Shown: positions 50,021-61,600 of the stretch, piece after piece
Layout: every line of letters starts with the position of its first letter
Position numbering within the stretch: the stretch's first letter is position 1
NCBI GenBank assembly: GCA_964016885.1
Contig: OZ024740.1
Location: forward strand, 253,890,001-253,954,000
Direction of reading: 5' to 3'
DNA length: 64,000 bases
Origin: Eledone cirrhosa
Lineage: Eukaryota
Position numbers and translations under genes: made by a program
Notes under the pieces: generated by a model
Seen by the model: only the letters and a program-made list of their open reading frames with translations
Told to the model about the DNA's origin: nothing
The model's database searches: none

Positions 50021-50369
50021 TATTATATGAGGGAATATTATATGTCAGTAGTTAGATATTTGTCTTTTAATATTAAGTTGAAAGTTAGTTATTTCAAATC
50101 TTTTATAATACTTGATTATTTTGATAATTAAAACAGAATGGCAGTAATATATTCTGGTCAGCAGTATGGTTATAGAAGCGTTAAATGTTCTATGACACCA
50201 GGATGAAAGGTGTGAGTTTAATTTGAAGATTTAGTTGTCAAAACAAAACCAGAATACTATTGATGTAGCAAAACTTATAGGAGTTTCTTACGACACATTG
50301 ATACTATGTACCTAGTCTAAACAAGATATGCACAGTATTAAATTCAACTGTAATCTCAAGATAAATATA

Positions 50370-51180
50370 TATATATAAAGTTGTAGTTCCTGTCTGTTTG
50401 TTTGTTTGTTCACAAACCCCTCCTATAGTTTTGGAGATAGACCCCCCCCCCCCCCCCCCCATAACCATATATATTCTGAAACTACATTGCCCAGGGTACT
50501 TGGATAAGTATATTTCATTTTAATCAAAACCCTGCTGAAAACCCCCGCTGAAAATGTTTTCCCTTCGATTTGTATGAAATTTAAACCATAGGTAAATGAC
50601 AAGATATGATGCCTATTCACAAAAATTTGGAATTGATATTTTGAAAAAAATGATTTACAATAATATTAAGATACCCTATAGTGAAAACTTTGGCCCATAA
50701 ATGGAACGAGATTTCACGAACTCCTCCTATGGTTTTGGAGATAGACCCCCATAATCATATATATTCTGAAACTACATTGCCAGGGTACTTGGATAAGTAT
50801 ATTTCAGTTTAATCAAAGGGTTCCCCAGGGGAACAAACCCCTGCAGAAAACCCCCGCTGAAAATGTTTTCCCTTCGATTTATATGAAATTTAAACCATAG
50901 GTAAATGACAAGATATGATGCCTATTCATAAAAGTTTTGAATTGATATTTTTAAAAAAATTATTTACGAGAAACAAAATAAGAATAAAATTTAATAATGT
51001 AATTTTGATATGATATATTACAAAAAATAATATTTTCCAATGTTTCATGCATTACATTTTACATTGAGTAATATTGAAATGCAAAATGCAGAGTTTTTCT
51101 CCATAAATGATATCACTGATTTAAAATCAATCATCATTTTCTTACAAAAAAAATGTGTGAAACTCAGTAATTCGGCTAGT
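50370..51180 (+). mobile_element. Probable non-autonomous Helitron-like element with internal ~300-bp tandem duplication
   Basis: 5' TATATAAAG..GTCT(GTTT)n, 3' end GGCTAGT; 50420-50660 repeated at 50724-50967. Confidence 0.55.
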
Positions 51181-51204
51181 ATATATATATATCATTTCAT
51201 TTTT

Positions 51205-51540
51205 TTCATCATTTCATTTTACGTCCACTTTTCCCTGATTGCAAGGGTGGGACGGGAACTGATTTTGGCTTGATTTCTACAGCTGGATGCCCTTCCTAAC
51301 ACCAACCTCATTTACAGTGAGTGCTGGGTGCTTTTTTGCCATGGCACCTTCACGACCACTTTAAAGTGGAATGATAGGGATCCCAGTCCCTATAATCTCA
51401 TTTCTACAGCTGAGTAAACTGGAGCAATGTGAAATAAAGTATCTTGCTCAAGGAAACAACACATCACCCAGTCTGAGAATTGAACTCACAACCTTTTGAT
51501 TGCAAGGCCAATGCTCTAACCACTAAGCCATGTACCTCCA
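51205..51540 (-). mobile_element. tRNA-derived SINE (same family as 14665-14992)
   Basis: Reverse complement of 14665-14992 along its whole length. Confidence 0.88.
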
Positions 51541-51552
51541 TGGCTTAGTGGT

Positions 51553-51659
<107 letters not shown>

Positions 51660-54308
51660 TGGCTGCAACTCAATTTTGAGTATTGTCATCGTTTGATACT
51701 TAAGCATGAACATCACAGACACGGCTTTTTAATCCTGCTAGGGACTTGCCTATGGCCAATAATGCCATGCATCGCAAAAGATGTCACATATCAAGCGATG
51801 CCTATGCTTGAATCTTTTATTAAGTGAGGAAAGGCTTTGCATGGGGCCAATACCACTCTCTGAACATCAAATGCATTTGCCCAAAAAGAAGAACTGGTCT
51901 ACATCATTGGATGCAAACAAAGTCAAAAGTTTTATATCAGAGTGACTTTCTCCTAGAGAGACGTTTTAATGAAGACTACGAGTCTCTCACCCCATAAAAA
52001 AAATATATATAAATAAAAAAAAATATATTGGATGGTTATTGACTCTCCTAAGTTCCTCCACGCTATGACGGGTTTTGTTTTTCATCCCGTAGGGTATCCA
52101 AAATCACCCTCCTCACCAAGCAAGCTTGGCGGGGTTGCCGGTTTAGTCACTGACAACTCGATCATGTACAGGTTGTACTGGGTTACATGTTACCAGTAGC
52201 GTTGAAGAGCGACCTGACACATATATATATGATAACTACCACTTCTTTATAAAGGACGGCCATCTCTTCAACAAATTCCCTGCTATTATGAACCACCGCC
52301 AACTGCAGTTGGCCAGTTTGAGGACTGAACAGGCTTTGTTTAGGTCACCATTTCTAGATCCTTCCCATGTAGTATGGGTAAGCAGTGCACCCCCCTAAAA
52401 GGGAAAGCATTTTGCTGTTTAGGTTAACAGTGCAGTGACATTAGGATAAGACTCAAGCTGCCTATGTGTAGATTTATGAATGTGCTTATAGTACAAATAC
52501 ATACATACATACATACATACATACATACATACATACATACATACATACATACATACATCCCCGTGGTGGTAGTGAAGATGATTGTGTGTGTGTGTAATAT
52601 ATTGGAAGCCACAAGAAGCATGATGGAAATAGAAGAGTGAGAACAAAAACAACAGTTTACACTTTTACCTTGTATTTCAATATTTTAGCCAGAAATAATC
52701 TTTTTTCCTCATTTATTCCTGAGAGGAGTGTGAGGGCAGAGGCCTCAGACACTTTAAGAGGGTTCTTTCAGAAACAACCATCTCCAGATGATCCAGCTAG
52801 ATCCCCAAGCAAGACAAACTGGGCTTATAGATGTTATTCAACCATCTTGTTCATAGCATACCTCTGTGATTCTTTATTTAGACATTTTAACTACATGTCT
52901 GTAGTACTGGAGCTGTAATTTAACGGCCTTTAGTAGAAGGGTCCACTTGTAATATATATTGCAGTCACAACCTAATGCCATAAAGATTGACAATGTCCCT
53001 GTAACTTGTCTTGGGAGGCATGGGCTGGATGCATAATTGTTGCATATCTTGGGGCCCCAGACATTATTCAGTAGAGAGCAAATGTTAACAATTGCCAACT
53101 GAAGAAAGACTCTTATCCAGACAAATATAGTGTGAGCTTGGCTCTAACGTGTAAAGTTTTGTCTGATCAGAGCTAAATTCAATCTCCATTTTGTTTTGAT
53201 AAGGATTATTTTTACCACAAATATCTAGTACAAACCTTTATTTTTGTTTTACTTCTGTTTCCTTGCTTTTATTTCTAAATTGTGTTGTGGCTTTCTATAA
53301 TACTTGTAACTGTCATTGATATATATAGAGTATGTGTATGTATCAGTGTGTGTGTTTGTATATATATATGTATATATATCACATGCATATATATGTATGT
53401 GTGTATATATATATATGTGTGTATGTGGAGTGAAATATCATATGAAACATAAGTAGTTTGGTGATAAATAGGTAACAGAAGTAGATAGAGGTGGATGGGT
53501 GTAACATGAGTTCTATTATTTGCAACTGTCAACCTACTTAGTTGTTCACCGAAAAAAGAACAAAAAGTACAGTTGAATATATTTTTACAGTACACCCTGT
53601 AAAATGGTTGACATTAGAAAGGGTATCCAGCTATAGAAACCATGCTAAACAAATGGTTGAGGGGACTTTTCAGTTGTGTCAAGGATATGACAACCTCCTT
53701 AGTGCTGATACCACAATAAAATGCACCCTGTACACTATGTAAAGTGGTTGGTGTTAGAAAGGGTATCCAACCATAGAAGCTATGCCAAACAAACAAATGT
53801 TTTTTTTAATAATATAGTCAGAGCAAGATGAACAGTGGCCATGACTTCTGGGGAAGATGTGGTTAATGTTAACCCTAAATATCTGTAGGTTGGTATCTGT
53901 GGTCAATAGAGAGAAAAATACAAGGTATCACAGAACATTTCAAATACAGAGTTCAATTCTTTTTAGGGGCTGCTGGACAAAGCTATCTATATACTACTAA
54001 AACTCTGTGATTGCTTGCTTGCTTGCTTGTCTGTAATGTAATACAGCCAAACGGGTGCATAATGGGAAAATACTTTGAAAGGAAGTTGACCCTGAAATAG
54101 GAATACAAATGGAATAAAACATGTTTCGCGTAAATCGGAGCACGGGTTCCTGAGATATGGGGTTTTTCCTGGTACCTTCATAAACAGAGAGAGAAAGATA
54201 GAGAGAAAGAGATAGTGGTTGTGAGAGAGTAGATTGAAAGAGAGACATAGAGAGAGGAAGAGCAGACAGAGAAGGAGAATGGAAGAGAGAGAGCTGGAGG
54301 TGTTGTTG

Positions 54309-54309
<1 letters not shown>

Positions 54310-54340
<31 letters not shown>

Positions 54341-54660
54341 GCCGTTTTATGTCTGTTCTTCCATGCTAGCATGGGTTAGACTGTTGTGGGCAGTGTCCGG
54401 TTGGCTGACCTTGTCTTGCTCATACGGGAACTGATTCTGGCTTGATTTCTACAGCTGGATGCCCTTCCTAACACCAACCTCATTTACAGTGAGTGCTGGG
54501 TGCTTTATTGCCATGGCGCCTACACGTCCACTTTACAGTGTGGGCTGGGTGGTTTTATGCTGTGGGAGGGGGTGGGGGCATATTGTCTATATGCTTCAGC
54601 ATCGGCTTGTACCCGTGGCGAGTCGGGTCTTCTGTATTACTGCGTGAATCCAGAGGTCAC
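54310..54660 (-). mobile_element. LINE-derived 3' tail element
   Basis: (CAT)n plus tail, very similar to 13625-13950. Confidence 0.75.
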
Positions 54661-54746
54661 GGTTGTGTATATATATATGTGAGTGTGTGTGTATATATAT
54701 ATGTGTGTCTATGACCAGTGTATATAGATCACAGACAGCCACACAC

Positions 54747-54779
<33 letters not shown>

Positions 54780-55266
54780 TTTATATATATACATACACAC
54801 ACGTATATATATATGGGCCTTCCAGTTTCATTTCACATTATATACATGTCTGTGTATATTTTAATTATTTAAGATTTCTACATTTTCTAAGACTTACAAC
54901 TCTGTATGTTTTCATAAATAAATAGTACAGTTCAACATACAGTATATAAATATTTAGAATTTAGAAATTCTACTTGTGTATAAATATTTAGAATTTAGAA
55001 ATTGTGGTTTAACCCTCTCATTACCATATTTTAAATTAAAAACACTGTCTCTTATGTGGATAGATTTAGTAATACAACTAACTTTCTCATTTTTAAGTTG
55101 GTGTTTGGAAAACATGTGCAAAATGATGATGGTGATGATGATGGGGTTGATGGCTGTTATGATGGGGATGATGGTTGTGATGATAATGGTGAATTGTGAT
55201 GGTGATGATGATAATGGTTGTGAGGATGATGACATTGGTTTAACATGATGAAATATGATATTATAG

Positions 55267-55342
55267 GTCTTCCTGATCTGAAGAAAGTGGTAGTCATACC
55301 ATTTATCAAGACCACATTCACCCTAACCGATGTCCCTGTTAG
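55267..55342 (+). CDS. AACS: Acetoacetyl-CoA synthetase internal exon (76 bp)
   Basis: TTATAG acceptor, GTATGT donor, phase 1 join with the preceding exon; GLPDLKKVVVIPF matches AACS GLPDLKKVVVIPY. Confidence 0.93.
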
Positions 55343-55692
55343 GTATGTCAATATTTTCTTATCTCCATCTTTCTCTTTATATATTTTTTAATAATATTTT
55401 ATCATAATGAGGCATAATTGACAGTTAAAATGCCATTGTGGTATTTGTCCTGGCTCTATATTCCAAGTTCAAATTGTGCACAGGTCAGCTTTGCTTTTCA
55501 TCCTGCCAGGGTCAATAAAGTAAAGTACTAGTCAAGTACTGGGTTTGATATAATCAAATTTGTCCTCTCCGAAATTATCTGAGCTTGTGCCATAGAAATC
55601 AATATCTATATCACCCCCATCACAAAAACTACACTCTGTCAAAAACATAAAATTATTTTTATTCGTTTAATCAGAATTCATGGGACTCAAAT

Positions 55693-58600
55693 GTCACTGC
55701 CACTGTCACTGCCACTGCCACTGTCACTGTCACTGTCACTGCCACTGCCACTGTCACTGCCATTGCCACTGCCACTGTCACTGTCACTGCCACTGTCACT
55801 GTCACTGCCACTGCCACTGTCACTACCACTGTCACTGTCACTGCCACTGTCACTGCCACTGTCACTGTCACTGCCATTGCCACTGCCACTGCCACTGTCA
55901 CTGCCACTGCCACTGCCACTGTCACTGCCATTGCCACTGCCACTGTCACTGTCACTGCCACTGTCACTGTCACTGCCATTGCCACTGCCACTGTCACTGT
56001 CACTGCCACTGCCACTGCCACTGTCACTGCCATTGCCACTGTCACTGCCACTGTCACTGCCACTGCCACTGCCACTGCCACTGTCACTGTCACTGCCACT
56101 GTCACTGCCACTGCCACTGCCACTGTCACTGCCACTGTCACTGTCACTGCCACTGCCACTGTCACTGCCACTGTCACTGCCACTGTCACTGCCACTGCCA
56201 CTGTCACTGTCACTGCCACTGTCACTGCCACTGTCACTGCCACTGTCACTGCCACTGCCACTGCCACTGTCACTGCCATTGCCACTGTCACTGCCACTGT
56301 CACTGTCACTGCCACTGCCACTGCCACTGTCACTGCCATTGCCACTGTCACTGCCACTGTCACTGCCACTGCCACTGCCACTGCCACTGCCACTGCCACT
56401 GTCACTGCCACTGCCACTGCCACTACCACTGTCACTGCCACTGTCACTGTCACTGCCACTGTCACTGCCACTGCCACTGCCACTGTCACTGCCACTGTCA
56501 CTGTCACTGCCACTGCCACTGTCACTGTCACTGCCACTGTCACTGCCACTGCCACTGTCACTGCCACTGCCACTGCCACTGCCACTGTCACTGCCACTGC
56601 CACTGCCACTGTCACTGCCACTGCCACTGTCACTGCCACTGTCACTGTCACTGCCACTGTCACTGCCACTGTCACTGTCACTGCCACTGCCACTGCCACT
56701 GCCACTGTCACTGCCACTGTCACTGTCACTGTCACTGCCACTGTCACTGCCACTGCCACTGTCACTGCCACTGTCACTGTCACTGCCACTGTCACTGTCA
56801 CTGCCACTGTCACTGTCACTGCCACTGTCACTGTCACTGCCACTGTCACTGTCACTGCCACTGTCACTGTCACTGCCACTGTCACTGCCACTGTCACTGC
56901 CACTGTCACTGCCACTGCCACTGTCACTGCCACTGTCACTGCCACTGTCACTGCCACTGTCACTGCCACTGCCACTGCCACTGCCACTGCCACTGTCACT
57001 GCCACTGTCACTGCCACTGTCACTGCCACTGCCACTGTCACTGCCACTACCACTGTCACTGCCACTGTCACTGTCACTGCCACTGTCACTGCCACTGCCA
57101 CTGTCACTGTCACTGTCACTGCCACTGTCACTGCCACTGCCACTGCCACTGCCACTGTCACTGCCACTGCCACTGCCACTGTCACTGCCACTGTCACTGC
57201 CACTGTCACTGCCACTGCCACTGTCACTGCCACTGCCACTGTCACTGCCACTGTCACTGCCACTGCCACTGTCACTGCCACTGCCACTGCCACTGCCACT
57301 ACCACTGTCACTGTCACTGTCACTGCCACTGTCACTGCCACTGTCACTGCCACTGTCACTGTCACTGTCACTGCCACTGCCACTGCCACTACCACTGTCA
57401 CTGCCACTGTCACTGTCACTGCCACTGTCACTGCCACTGTCACTGCCACTGTCACTGTCACTGTCACTGTCACTGCCACTGTCACTGCCACTGTCACTGC
57501 CACTGCCACTGCCACTGTCACTGCCACTGTCACTGCCACTGCCACTGCCACTGTCACTGTCACTGCCACTGTCACTGCCACTGTCACTGTCACTGCCACT
57601 GCCACTCCCACTGCCACTGCCACTGTCACTGTCACTGCCACTGCCACTGTCACTGCCATTGCCACTGCCACTGCCACTCCCACTGCCACTGTCACTGTCA
57701 CTGCCACTGCCACTGTCACTGCCACTGCCACTGTCACTGTCACTGCCACTGCCACTGTCACTGCCACTGCCACTGTCACTGCCACTGTCACTGCCACTGT
57801 CACTGTCACTGCCACTGTCACTGTCACTGCCACTGTCACTGCCACTGCCACTGTCACTGCCACTGTCACTGTCACTGCCACTGCCACTGCCACTGTCACT
57901 GCCACTGCCACTGTCACTGTCACTGTCACTGTCACTGTCACTGCCACTGTCACTGCCACTGTCACTGTCACTGTCACTGCCACTGCCACTGTCACTGTCA
58001 CTGCCACTGTCACTGTCACTGCCACTGTCACTGCCACTGTCACTGCCACTGCCACTGTCACTGCCACTGTCACTGTCACTGCCACTGTCACTGCCACTGC
58101 CACTGTCACTGTCTCTGCCACTGTCACTGTCACTGCCACTGTCACTGCCACTGTCACTGCCACTGCCACTGTCACTGCCACTGTCACTGCCACTGTCACT
58201 GCCACTGTCACTGCCACTGCCACTGTCACTGCCACTGTCACTGCCACTGTCACTGCCACTGCCACTGTCACTGCCACTGCCACTGCCACTGTCACTGTCA
58301 CTGCCACTGCCACTGCCACTGTCACTGCCACTGCCACTGTCACTGCCACTGTCACTGCCACTGTCACTGCCACTGTCACTGCCACTGCCACTGTCACTGC
58401 CACTGCCACTGTCACTGCCACTGCCACTGTCACTGCCACTGTCACTGCCACTGTCACTGCCACTGCCACTGCCACTGCCACTGTCACTGCCACTGTCACT
58501 GCCACTGCCACTGTCACTGCCACTGTCACTGCCACTGTCACTGTCACTGCCACTGTCACTGCCACTGTCACTGCCACTGCCACTGTCACTGCCACTGTCA

Positions 58601-61600
58601 CTGCCACTGCCACTGCCACTGTCACTGCCACTGCCACTCTCACTGCCACTGCCACTGTCACTGCCACTGTCACTGTCACTGTCACTGCCACTGTCACTGC
58701 CACTGTCACTGCCACTGTCACTGCCACTGTCACTGTCACTGCCACTGTCACTGCCACTGTCACTGCCACTGTCACTGTCACTGCCACTGCCACTGTCACT
58801 GCCACTGCCACTGTCACTGTCACTGCCACTGCCACTGCCACTGTCACTGCCACTGCCACTGTCACTGCCACTGTCACTGTCACTGCCACTGCCACTGTCA
58901 CTGCCACTGCCACTGTCACTGCCACTGTCACTGTCACTGCCACTGCCACTGTCACTGCCACTGCCACTGCCACTGTCACTGCCACTGTCACTGCCACTGT
59001 CACTGCCACTGTCACTGCCACTGTCACTGCCACTGTCACTGCCACTGTCACTGCCACTGCCACTGTCACTGCCACTGCCACTGTCACTGCCACTGTCACT
59101 GCCACTGTCACTGCCACTGTCACTGTCACTGCCACTGTCACTGTCACTGCCACTGCCACTGTCACTGTCACTGCCACTGTCACTGCCACTGTCACTGCCA
59201 CTGTCACTGCCACTGTCACTGCCACTGTCACTGCCACTGTCACTGCCACTGTCACTGCCACTGTCACTGCCACTGCCACTGCCACTGCCACTGTCACTGC
59301 CACTGTCACTGCCACTGTCACTGCCACTGCCACTGCCACTGTCACTGCCACTGCCACTGTCACTGTCACTGCCACTGCCACTGTCACTGCCACTGTCACT
59401 GCCACTGTCACTGTCACTGCCACTGCCACTGCCACTGTCACTGCCACTGCCACTGCCACTGTCACTGCCACTGCCACTGTCACTTCCACTGCCACTGTCA
59501 CTGCCACTGTCACTGTCACTGCCACTGTCACTGCCACTGTCACTGCCACTGTCACTGTCACTGTCACTGCCACTGTCACTGCCACTGCCACTGCCACTGT
59601 CACTGCCACTGTCACTGTCACTGCCACTGCCACTGTCACTGCCACTGCCACTGTCACTGCCACTGTCACTGTCACTGCCACTGTCACTGCCACTGTCACT
59701 GCCACTGTCACTGCCACTGTCACTGCCACTGTCACTGCCACTGTCACTGCCACTGCCACTGCCACTGTCACTGCCACTGCCACTGTCACTGCCACTGCCA
59801 CTGTCACTGCCACTACCACTGTCACTGCCACTGTCACTGTCACTGCCACTGTCACTGCCACTGCCACTGTCACTGTCACTGCCACTGTCACTGCCACTGC
59901 CACTGTCACTGCCACTGTCACTGCCACTGCCACTGTCACTGCCACTGCCACTGTCACTGCCACTGCCACTGTCACTGCCACTGCCACTGTCACTGCCACT
60001 GTCACTGCCACTGTCACTGCCACTGCCACTGTCACTGCCACTGCCACTACCACTGTCACTGCCACTGTCACTGTCACTGCCACTGTCACTGCCACTGTCA
60101 CTGCCACTGTCACTGTCACTGTCACTGCCACTGCCACTGCCACTACCACTGTCACTGCCACTGTCACTGTCACTGCCACTGTCACTGCCACTGTCACTGC
60201 CACTGTCACACTCACTGTCACTGTCACTGCCACTGTCACTGCCACTGTCACTGCCACTGCCACTGTCACTGCCACTGTCACTGCCACTGTCACTGCCACT
60301 GCCACTGCCACTGTCAATGCCACTGTCACTGTCACTGCCACTGCCACTCCCACTGCCACTCCCACTGTCACTGTCACTGCCACTGCCACTGTCACTGCCA
60401 TTGCCACTGCCACTCCCACTGCCACTGTCACTGCCACTGTCACTGCCACTGCCACTGCCACTGTCACTGTCACTGCCACTGCCACTGTCACTGCCACTGC
60501 CACTGTCACTGCCACTGTCACTGCCACTGTCACTGTTACTGCCACTGTCACTGTCACTGCCACTGTCACTGCCACTGCCACTGTCACTGCCACTGTCACT
60601 GTCACTGCCACTGTCACTGCCACTGCCACTGTCACTGCCACTGCCACTGTCACTGCCACTGCCACTGTCACTGCCACTGTCACTGTCACTGCCACTGTCA
60701 CTGTCACTGCCACTGCCACTGTCACTGTCACTGCCACTGCCACTGTCACTGTCACTGCCACTGCCACTGTCACTGCCACTGCCACTGCCACTGTCACTGC
60801 CACTGCCACTGTCACTGCCACTGTCACTGTCACTGCCACTGTCACTGCCACTGCCACTGTCACTGTCTCTGCCACTGTCACTGCCACTGCCACTGTCACT
60901 GCCACTGTCACTGCCACTGCCACTGCCACTGTCACTGCCACTGTCACTGCCACTGTCACTGCCACTGCCACTGTCACTGCCACTGTCACTGCCACTGTCA
61001 CTGCCACTGCCACTGCCACTGCCACTGTCACTGTCACTGCCACTGCCACTGTCACTGCCACTGCCACTGTCACTGCCACTGCCACTGTCACTGCCACTGC
61101 CACTGTCACTGCCACTGTCACTGCCACTGTCACTGCCACTGCCACTGTCACTGTCACTGCCACTGTCACTGCCACTGCCACTGTCACTGCCACTGTCACT
61201 GCCACTGTCACTGCCACTGCCACTGCCACTGCCACTGTCACTGCCACTGCCACTGTCACTGCCACTGTCACTGCCACTGCCACTGTCACTGCCACTGCCA
61301 CTGTCACTGCCACTGTCACTGCCACTGCCACTGTCACTGCCACTGCCACTGCCACTGCCACTGCCACTGTCACTGCCACTGCCACTCTCACTGCCACTGC
61401 CACTGTCACTGCCACTGTCACTGCCACTGTCACTGTCACTGTCACTGCCACTGTCACTGCCACTGTCACTGCCACTGCCACTGTCACTGCCACTGTCACT
61501 GTCACTGCCACTGTCACTGCCACTGCCACTGTCACTGTCACTGCCACTGCCACTGCCACTGCCACTGTCACTGCCACTGTCACTGCCACTGCCACTGCCA

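Noticed and set aside
52040-52220. GC-richer structured segment considered as an HDV-like ribozyme
   Set aside because: Could not fit the P1/P1.1/P2/P3 nested pseudoknot by eye
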